Positions 1 to 7,084 of a stretch of DNA of 64,000 nt are shown here, piece after piece. A model generated the notes under the pieces. It was not told the origin of the DNA, did not search any database, and worked only from the letters and a program-made list of their open reading frames with translations. Position 1 is the first letter of the stretch. Each line of letters opens with the position of its first letter. A program made the position numbers and the translations under genes. Where the stretch lies: NCBI RefSeq assembly GCF_029238425.1, contig NZ_JAQWGB010000106.1:9910-73909 (forward strand), read 5' to 3'. Source of the DNA: Flavicella sp. GTDB lineage: Bacteria; Bacteroidota; Bacteroidia; Flavobacteriales; Flavobacteriaceae.

Positions 1-1031
1 TTTTTACGGGTATGCTCATTGGAGATAAATTCAAATATTTTTGTTTGATAATGTCTTTTCTCCAGAATCAATGCACGAATGGTATCCGTTACCATTTCAA
101 ATTGACGTTCTTTAAAAATACCATATTTCAAAATCGGATCTTCTTGTTCTTTCCCTTTCAGGGATTGACGCACTTGTTTATGACAACAAGGAGCACAAAC
201 AATAAGTCCTGCCTTTGCAATAATTCCTTTTGTTATAGCGTCATCTGTTGCGGTATCGCAAGCATGCAATGCTATCAATATGTCGATTTTTTGATTTTCG
301 TATTCTTGAATCGGTTTACATTCAAATTTCAAGTTTTCAAATTCACATTTTTCGGCAACATCATTACAGTAATCTACTAGTTCCTTGCGCAATTCTATCC
401 CTGTAACTGTGACATTCATTTTCCTTTGAACCACCAAATAATCATATAAGGCAAAAGTCAAGTAACCCTTTCCAGATCCCATATCCACAATCTGCACCTG
501 CTTCGGTAGCTTTGCATTGGAAATCAATCCTTCCATGATTTCTAAATACTTGTTGATTTGACGAAATTTATCCGCCATTTTTGGAATCACGTTATTATCA
601 GAGTCGGTAACCCCTAAATAACGTAGATAAGCCCCCATTTCAGCTCGTTTCTCTTTAGGTTTATCGTGAGTTACAGGTGGTTTATTTGTGAAACTTGGAG
701 CACCTTTTTTGAAAGACACCACTTTCTTTTTCGAAACAAAAACCTGTAAATCTTCTTTTAAAGTAAAAACTACAGCAGTTCTGAACGTGGTTAACAAAAA
801 ATTCTGCAACTCTTCAGTTCCCTCAGTAATTCCAAAGTTCTTTACTTGATCATTCGTTTTATAATGATAGGTAAAAGACATTTTCAACTCCTCTTTAATC
901 AATACCAATCGAACATAGATATTTCTCAATCCATCATTTTTTCGTAACGGTTTGCTTAGAGTAATTTTAACAAAATCATCTGCGGCGATACTTGTTTGTA
1001 TTACTTCTGAAAATGTATTGAATTCACTCAT
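1..1031 (-). CDS. SAM-dependent methyltransferase (Methyltransf_32-like); 3' end lies outside the window
   Basis: Absent from the ORF track because it runs off the window edge. My minus-strand translation from the ATG at 1031-1029 reads MSEFNTFSEV...VDMGSGKGYLTFALYDY (GxGxG SAM loop)...LHACDTATDDAI...CAPCCHKQ and stays open to base 1. The listed + ORF 12..380 is its antisense shadow. Confidence 0.75.
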   Translation of the reverse strand, partial: MSEFNTFSEVIQTSIAADDFVKITLSKPLRKNDGLRNIYVRLVLIKEELKMSFTYHYKTNDQVKNFGITEGTEELQNFLLTTFRTAVVFTLKEDLQVFVSKKKVVSFKKGAPSFTNKPPVTHDKPKEKRAEMGAYLRYLGVTDSDNNVIPKMADKFRQINKYLEIMEGLISNAKLPKQVQIVDMGSGKGYLTFALYDYLVVQRKMNVTVTGIELRKELVDYCNDVAEKCEFENLKFECKPIQEYENQKIDILIALHACDTATDDAITKGIIAKAGLIVCAPCCHKQVRQSLKGKEQEDPILKYGIFKERQFEMVTDTIRALILEKRHYQTKIFEFISNEHTRK

Positions 1032-1073
1032 GACTATGTTTTTTTATACTTATTTAATAGGTTCTCGATACAA

Positions 1074-1400
1074 AATTCTTTCAGAATTCCACTCGAACTG
1101 ACAGTTCTTTCGCATTTGTTAATTCTAGTGACTTTCTACGAAGTTTAAAATTTTATCGAGAATATCATCTAAAAATTCCTGATATTTAATTCTTTCAGAA
1201 TTCCACTCGAACTAACAACTCTTTCACAATTGTCAATTCTAGTGACTTTCTACGAAGTTTATAATTCTATCAAGAATATCATCTAAAAATTCCTGACATT
1301 TAATTCTTTCAGAGTTTCTATTGAACTGACAACTCTTTCGCAATTGTCAATTCGAGTGATTTTACACGAAGTTTAAAATTGTATCGAGAATCTATTTATC
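1074..1400. repeat. Imperfect tandem repeat, 3 copies of a 114-bp unit (third copy diverged and shortened)
   Basis: Units start with AATTCTTTCAGA at 1074, 1188 and 1302, an exact 114-bp period. Units 1 and 2 differ at only a few positions. No ORF is present. It lies between the valS stop and the methyltransferase start. Confidence 0.9.
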
Positions 1401-1403
1401 AAA

Positions 1404-1432
1404 CGTCTTCCAAAATATTATTCGGAAAGACG
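1404..1432 (-). terminator. Possible weak terminator hairpin downstream of valS
   Basis: On the minus strand CGTCTTTC ... GGAAGACG forms about 8 bp (one G-U pair) followed by TTTG. The T-run is short. Confidence 0.3.
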
Positions 1433-1444
1433 GTTAATAGGTTT

Positions 1445-4072
1445 CTACAATGCAGACAAACTAGCTTTTAGAGTCTCAATTTTAGCCAAGGCATCTGCTT
1501 CCTTATTTCTTTCTAAGGTTATTACTTTTTCAGGTGCGTTATTTACAAAACGCTCATTACTTAATTTCTTTTGTACAGATTTTAAGAAACCTTCTGTGTA
1601 TTTCAATTCTTCAGTAATTTTGGCAATCTCCTCCTCCACATTGATAGCTCCAGAAATGGGAATAAAATATTCATTTGATTTTATTCTAAAACTCAAAGCT
1701 CCTTCTACCGCAACATCAACTTTATTTAATTTTGATGTGTTTCCAAGTTTTTCAATTACTGAATCAAAAGTAGCACTTGAATTTTCATTATCTAAAACAG
1801 ATAATTCAATCGCATCCTTGAAACTAATATTTTTATCTTTTCTGATTTTTCTAATCCCAGAAATTACTTCAGAGGCAAATTCAAAATCGGTGATAATTTT
1901 TTCATCAAATGAAACTAATTCAGGATAAGTAGCTATAATCAAGGCTTCTTCAGTAGTTCTCTCAGCTAAATGTTGCCATATTTCTTCTGTCAAGAAAGGC
2001 ATATAAGGATGTAATACTTTTAAATTATCCTCCAAACAAGAAATTGCAGCTTTATACGTTGCACTATCAATTGGTTGTTGGTATCCTGGTTTGATCATTT
2101 CTAAGAACCAAGAAGAAAAATCATCATAAATTAATTTATAAATCGTCATCAACGCTTCAGAGATTCTATACTCCTCAAAGGACTTTTCAATACTTACCAG
2201 TGCTTTTTGAAACTTTGCTGTATACCATTCAATTGCTATTTTTGAAGATTCAGGCTGTGCAACTGAATCAGAAACTTCCCAACCATCAATCAAACGGAAA
2301 GCATTCCATATTTTACTCGAAAAATTACGTCCTTGTTCACATAATTCTTCGTCAAACAATAAATCGTTTCCCGCTGCAGCACTCAACAATAAACCTGTAC
2401 GAACACCATCAGCACCATATTTTTTCATCAACTCAATAGGATCTGGTGAGTTTCCTAAAGATTTAGACATTTTTCTTCTTTGTTTGTCTCTTACAATTCC
2501 TGTAAAATAAACATTGCTAAACGGCTTTGCCTCTGCAAACTCATAACCAGCGAAAATCATACGTGCAACCCAAAAGAAAATAATATCTGGTCCAGTTACT
2601 AAATCATTCGTTGGATAATAATATTTAAATTCTTCATTATCTGGATTTTTGATACCATCAAATAATGAAATTGGCCATAACCAAGAAGAGAACCAAGTAT
2701 CTAAAGCATCTGGATCTTGTTTGATCTGATCTAAAGTTAATTCTATATTTCCGGTTACATCTTGAGCTTTTAGCAATGCCTCCTCTTTAGATTCAGCAAC
2801 CACATAGTCTTCCAAACCTTCTCCATAGAAATAAGCTGGAATCTGATGTCCCCACCATAATTGACGAGAAATATTCCAATCTCTAATATTTTCTAACCAG
2901 TATTTATAGGTACTATTATAATGTTTTGGATAAAATTTGATATCCTCATCTTTTAAAACTGCATCCAATGCTGGTTTCACAATTTCTTCCATTTTAAGGA
3001 ACCATTGCACCGATATTTTTGGTTCAATAACCGCTTTTGTTCTTTCAGAAACTCCAACTTTATTGATATGCTTTTCTGTCTTAACCAAAGCACCAATATT
3101 CTGCAATTCTTCGGCTATTTCTTTTCTTACAACAAAACGATCTTTTCCTTCATAATGCAATCCTAAAGAATTTAAAGAACCATCATCATTTAGAATATCA
3201 ATAACTTCTAAATTATGTTTCTCTCCAATTGCTTTATCATTTTGATCATGAGCAGGGGTAATTTTCAAACAACCTGTTCCAAATTCTAAATCAACATATT
3301 CATCTTCAATAATTGGAATCACTCTATTCGCAATAGGAACAATTACTTTTTTTCCTTTCAAATGAGTAAAACGTTCATCCGTAGGATTGATACAAACAGC
3401 AGTATCTCCCAATAATGTTTCCGGTCTCGTTGTAGCAACAGTAACCGTTTCTTCAGAGCCTTCAATCTTATAGTTGATATAATATAAGTTCCCTTGTTTT
3501 TCAACAAACTCAACCTCTTCATCCGACAAAGTAGTCTTTGCTTCAGGATCCCAATTTACCATTCTGTAACCGCGGTAAATCAAGCCTTTTGCATACAAAT
3601 CAACAAAAACCTTACTAACCGCTCCGCTCAAATCATCATCCATGGTAAAAGCAGTACGCTCCCAATCACATGATGCTCCAAGCTTTTTTAATTGCTCTAA
3701 GATGATTCCACCATGTTTGTCAGTCCATTCCCAAGCATGCTTTAAAAACTCATCTCTTGTTAAGTCCTCTTTATTGATTCCTTCTTCTTTCAATTTGGCC
3801 ACTACTTTTGCCTCAGTTGCAATAGAGGCATGATCCGTTCCTGGTACCCAACAAGCATTAAAACCTTTCAACCTGGCACGACGAATCAATACATCCTGAA
3901 TAGTATTATTCAACATATGTCCCATATGCAATACACCCGTTACGTTAGGTGGAGGAATGACAATAGTGTAAGCTTCCTTTTCGTTCGGAGTTGAATGAAA
4001 ATATCCATTCTCCATCCAATAGCTATACCATTTATCTTCTACTTTTTCTGGATTGTATTTATTTGGGATCAT
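1445..4072 (-). CDS. valS: Valine--tRNA ligase
   Basis: 875 aa. Class I HIGH motif (LHMGHMLN), KMSKS motif (RKMSKSLGN) and a C-terminal coiled-coil typical of ValRS. ATG at 4072. Confidence 0.98.
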   Translation of the reverse strand: MIPNKYNPEKVEDKWYSYWMENGYFHSTPNEKEAYTIVIPPPNVTGVLHMGHMLNNTIQDVLIRRARLKGFNACWVPGTDHASIATEAKVVAKLKEEGINKEDLTRDEFLKHAWEWTDKHGGIILEQLKKLGASCDWERTAFTMDDDLSGAVSKVFVDLYAKGLIYRGYRMVNWDPEAKTTLSDEEVEFVEKQGNLYYINYKIEGSEETVTVATTRPETLLGDTAVCINPTDERFTHLKGKKVIVPIANRVIPIIEDEYVDLEFGTGCLKITPAHDQNDKAIGEKHNLEVIDILNDDGSLNSLGLHYEGKDRFVVRKEIAEELQNIGALVKTEKHINKVGVSERTKAVIEPKISVQWFLKMEEIVKPALDAVLKDEDIKFYPKHYNSTYKYWLENIRDWNISRQLWWGHQIPAYFYGEGLEDYVVAESKEEALLKAQDVTGNIELTLDQIKQDPDALDTWFSSWLWPISLFDGIKNPDNEEFKYYYPTNDLVTGPDIIFFWVARMIFAGYEFAEAKPFSNVYFTGIVRDKQRRKMSKSLGNSPDPIELMKKYGADGVRTGLLLSAAAGNDLLFDEELCEQGRNFSSKIWNAFRLIDGWEVSDSVAQPESSKIAIEWYTAKFQKALVSIEKSFEEYRISEALMTIYKLIYDDFSSWFLEMIKPGYQQPIDSATYKAAISCLEDNLKVLHPYMPFLTEEIWQHLAERTTEEALIIATYPELVSFDEKIITDFEFASEVISGIRKIRKDKNISFKDAIELSVLDNENSSATFDSVIEKLGNTSKLNKVDVAVEGALSFRIKSNEYFIPISGAINVEEEIAKITEELKYTEGFLKSVQKKLSNERFVNNAPEKVITLERNKEADALAKIETLKASLSAL

Positions 4073-4136
4073 TTGAAATGAGTTGAAATTATTTTTCTGT
4101 TTATTCTAAAAGTCAAATGGACTTTTTAAGTGATGG

Positions 4137-4144
4137 CAAAAGTA
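4137..4144 (-). promoter_or_regulatory. Candidate Bacteroidota -7 box (TACTTTTG on the minus strand) for valS
   Basis: Plus-strand CAAAAGTA is the reverse complement of TAnnTTTG and lies about 65 nt upstream of the valS ATG. No well-spaced -33 TTG was seen. Confidence 0.3.
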
Positions 4145-4184
4145 CAATTATCTCTTTTAACTAAAAAGTTAACAAACCTATATT

Positions 4185-4213
4185 TTGTAGGCTCATAAAT
4201 ATGTTTATTTTTG
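4185..4213 (+). promoter_or_regulatory. Candidate Bacteroidota sigma-A promoter (TTG-N18-TATTTTTG)
   Basis: -33 TTG at 4185-4187 and -7 TATTTTTG at 4206-4213, 20 nt upstream of the ATG at 4233. Confidence 0.45.
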
Positions 4214-4232
4214 TTTTGTAAAACTAATAATT

Positions 4233-4679
4233 ATGAAAAATATATTAATGGCTATTGCCTTGTTTGCAGGGACTATCGCTATCAATGCACAGGATACCGA
4301 AGCAGTAAAAGATTCACTTAATTCACCTGTCGCACAACCGGTTGAAGATTTTGATGCCAATGCTGCTGTATTTCAGTTTGAAGAAGAAGTAATTAACTAT
4401 GGTGTTATTGAAAAAGACGCTGATGGTAATAGAGTTTTTAAATTCACAAATACGGGAGGTAGTCCACTTATCATTGCAAATGCAAAAGGAAGTTGTGGAT
4501 GCACCGTTCCTACCTATGATAAGGAACCTATTATGCCTGGTGAATCTGGTGAGATTAGAGTAAAATATGCTACAAACAGAGTGGGACGTTTTTCTAAAAC
4601 AGTAACATTAACTTCAAATGCATCAGAACCTAAAAAAGTTCTTAGAATTAAGGGAGAGGTTTTATCTCCAAAAAAGTAA
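4233..4679 (+). CDS. DUF1573 domain-containing secreted protein
   Basis: 148 aa. Signal peptide MKNILMAIALFAGTIAINAQ and the characteristic GSCGCTVP motif of DUF1573 (PapD/ASH-like fold). Confidence 0.8.
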   Translation: MKNILMAIALFAGTIAINAQDTEAVKDSLNSPVAQPVEDFDANAAVFQFEEEVINYGVIEKDADGNRVFKFTNTGGSPLIIANAKGSCGCTVPTYDKEPIMPGESGEIRVKYATNRVGRFSKTVTLTSNASEPKKVLRIKGEVLSPKK

Positions 4680-4697
4680 CCTTATTCATATAAATAT

Positions 4698-4731
4698 AAA
4701 AAGCCTTTCATTTTTTGAAAGGCTTTTTTTA
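4698..4731. terminator. Bidirectional rho-independent terminator
   Basis: AAGCCTTTC / GAAAGGCTT stem flanked by an A-run and a T-run, between convergent genes. Confidence 0.7.
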
Positions 4732-4734
4732 TTC

Positions 4735-5910
4735 CTATGGTCTATAGGTTTTAGTTTCCTCAAAAATAGCTTCTAAAATTTTCTGATCTTTATCCTCAAA
4801 AGTCTTTTTCTTTAATGCACGCATTTTTTTCGCATCATTTAAGGCTTTATCTATTTTGTATTCTACAAGAGATTCTTTTCCTCCCCAACTAAAAGAAGGA
4901 ATAAACTTGTCTGGAAAACCAGAACCAAAAACATTACTAGAAACACCAATGACAGTTCCTGTATTGATCATAGTATTGATTCCTAATTTTGAATAATCAC
5001 CTAAAAACAACCCGCAAAATTTGAGTCCACTGCTCATAAAACCATCTTCAGCATAATCCCAAACACTCACTTCACTATGATTATTTTTCATATTTGAAAC
5101 ATTGGTATCCGCTCCAAAGTTACACCACTCTCCTACCACAGAATTCCCCAAGTAACCATCGTGTCCTTTATTTGAATTCCCAAAGAAAACCACATTTTTT
5201 ATTTCTCCACCGACTGTACAATTAGGACCGATTGTGGTACCACTATAAATTTTCGCTCCCATTTTTACAACAGCCTTCTCTCCTATTGCAATGGGGCCTC
5301 TTAACAGGGAACCTTCCATTACAACGGCATCTTCTCCAATATAAACGGGGCCTTCTGTTGCATTTATCACTACACATTCCACAGCCACACCGGCTTCAAG
5401 AAACACATTTTCTGCTGGACCAATGATGGTATTGGTATCAGATAAATCAACCGATGATCTATTTTTGGTCAACAATTGAAAATCATCATTAATAGCTTGG
5501 TAATTATGAGAAAAAATGTCTGATTTAGTTTCTATTTTAAAAAGCTCTTCTTTAAACTCAATAACTTCATAGGATTCAAAATCAACTTCTTCTTGATTTT
5601 TAGAAGCGAAAAAAGCAATCATGTCGTCATTTCGCATTAACATTTGATTCTCTGCTATGAAACTAATTTCGGTAGCTAATTCCTTCGTTGGCATTACAGA
5701 AGCATCAATATATACATTTTCATCAAACTCAACCATTGGATATTTAGCTTCTAAATATTCTTCGGTTAAATACGTTAGAGTACAACCCAATAATTTTTCC
5801 CATTTTTCTTTAATTGTCATCACCCCTACTCTAATTTCAGACACTGGTTTTGTAAAAGTAAATGGCAATAGACTGTTCCTAGTAGGTCCGTCAAATAAAA
5901 TATAATTCAT
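4735..5910 (-). CDS. GlmU-like putative sugar nucleotidyltransferase/acyltransferase (left-handed beta-helix)
   Basis: N-terminus MNYILFDG...LLPFTFTKPVSEIRVG is nucleotidyltransferase-like. The C-terminal half carries hexapeptide repeats (IGEDAVV, IGEKAVV, IGPNCTVGGEI). The ATG at 5910 is preferred over the TTG at 5916. Confidence 0.75.
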   Translation of the reverse strand: MNYILFDGPTRNSLLPFTFTKPVSEIRVGVMTIKEKWEKLLGCTLTYLTEEYLEAKYPMVEFDENVYIDASVMPTKELATEISFIAENQMLMRNDDMIAFFASKNQEEVDFESYEVIEFKEELFKIETKSDIFSHNYQAINDDFQLLTKNRSSVDLSDTNTIIGPAENVFLEAGVAVECVVINATEGPVYIGEDAVVMEGSLLRGPIAIGEKAVVKMGAKIYSGTTIGPNCTVGGEIKNVVFFGNSNKGHDGYLGNSVVGEWCNFGADTNVSNMKNNHSEVSVWDYAEDGFMSSGLKFCGLFLGDYSKLGINTMINTGTVIGVSSNVFGSGFPDKFIPSFSWGGKESLVEYKIDKALNDAKKMRALKKKTFEDKDQKILEAIFEETKTYRP

Positions 5911-6066
5911 GGTCAACTTCTTTTAAACAAAGGTATCAAAATGACTACAATTTAGTTTCACAAACACACCAGATTTTACCAACTCATTTAAAATCATTAC
6001 TTTTAAAATATCATTTTATGTAAGATGATCCATTTCAATCGACCAAAAGACAAACTAAACTTATTT

Positions 6067-6981
6067 ATGAAAAAAATTACACCCCTTGCATTTCTATCAG
6101 TACTATTGATGATTAGTGCTTGTTCCTCTTCTGATTCTGGAGAAATTGCAACAAAGAGTTTTACAACTGAGTTATCTGAAACCACTTTGAGTTTTGGAAA
6201 TGTTGAAGTAACAAATACTGCTGAGGAAACATTTACTGTCACTAACACAGGTACCGAAGAAATCTCTATCTCGAATATTACGACACCCGAAGGTTTTAGC
6301 GTGACTCCTTCCTCAGGAAGTATTGCTGCTGGGAACTCACAAACGTTTACAGTAGCGTTTACGCCAACTACAATTTCAGTTTTTAGCGGTAATATGTCAA
6401 TCACTTCAAATTCAACAAGTACGGCATCTATCATCAGCGTAACAGGAACAGGAATAGCTTCTACAAGTGCAAAAACTTACGAAAATACAATTGCCCCTAT
6501 TATGGCTCAAAGTTGTTCCACAACTGGTTGTCATTCTGGCGCTAATCCGGCAGGTCAAGTGGCACTTACCAACTTTACAGAAGTAAAAAACGGATTTACT
6601 ATTGATGATTCTTGGGGAGAAATACAATCAGGAAGAATGCCCAAACCAGGTGTACCGTCATTAACACAAGAAGACAAAGATAATTTACAGCTTTGGATAA
6701 ACGCTGGGTACCCTTCAGGTGAATTGGTAACCGTTAGTTATATTTCTAATATAGCTCCATTAGTAAATCAAAGTTGTGCTACAACCAATTGTCACGGTGG
6801 AACAAGATCACCATCACTTACTAATTATTCAGAAGTTAAAACAGCTTTCGAAGCTACCGGAACCAATAGTTCTATAGGTAGGATTGAAAGAGGTAATATG
6901 CCGAAAAATAGCTCAAAACTGGAACAAGCCAATATTGATCTTTTAAATACTTGGATTGCAACAGGCTTTATACAACAGTAA
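6067..6981 (+). CDS. Lipoprotein: Ig-like (choice-of-anchor D / HYDIN-type) domain plus two cytochrome-c-like CX4CH modules
   Basis: Lipobox in MKKITPLAFLSVLLMISAC|SS, with the ATG at 6067 preferred over 6025. The middle is a beta-rich TFTVTNTG..SQTFTVAFTP domain. The C-terminus holds two homologous ~80-aa modules, each with IAP(I/L)..QSC.TT.CH and G.MPK...L....L..WI..G. Confidence 0.65.
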   Translation: MKKITPLAFLSVLLMISACSSSDSGEIATKSFTTELSETTLSFGNVEVTNTAEETFTVTNTGTEEISISNITTPEGFSVTPSSGSIAAGNSQTFTVAFTPTTISVFSGNMSITSNSTSTASIISVTGTGIASTSAKTYENTIAPIMAQSCSTTGCHSGANPAGQVALTNFTEVKNGFTIDDSWGEIQSGRMPKPGVPSLTQEDKDNLQLWINAGYPSGELVTVSYISNIAPLVNQSCATTNCHGGTRSPSLTNYSEVKTAFEATGTNSSIGRIERGNMPKNSSKLEQANIDLLNTWIATGFIQQ

Positions 6982-7030
6982 TAATAGTAGAACTTTAATA
7001 AAACGCTTCGAAAGGCTCGGAGTCAGAATC

Positions 7031-7062
7031 AAAAAAGGCTTTCCGATTGGAAAGCCTTTTTT
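7031..7062. terminator. Bidirectional rho-independent terminator
   Basis: AAGGCTTTCC-GATT-GGAAAGCCTT perfect 10-bp stem flanked by an A-run and a T-run, between convergent genes. Confidence 0.75.
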
Positions 7063-7084
7063 AATTATCAAAAGCGATTCGCTT

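Noticed and set aside
12-380. 122-aa + strand ORF at the left edge
   Set aside because: It is the antisense shadow of the minus-strand methyltransferase CDS (1-1031), which has clear SAM-binding motifs. The + frame is low-complexity and Phe/Cys/Ile-rich with no motif.
1074-1400. Possibility that the 114-bp repeats are a CRISPR array
   Set aside because: The units are directly contiguous with no unique spacers. They are far longer than CRISPR repeats, and no cas genes are in the window.
6003-6434. 143-aa minus-strand ORF overlapping the lipoprotein gene
   Set aside because: It is antisense to a gene with a lipobox and domain structure. Its translation is repetitive V/E/I-rich with no start context.
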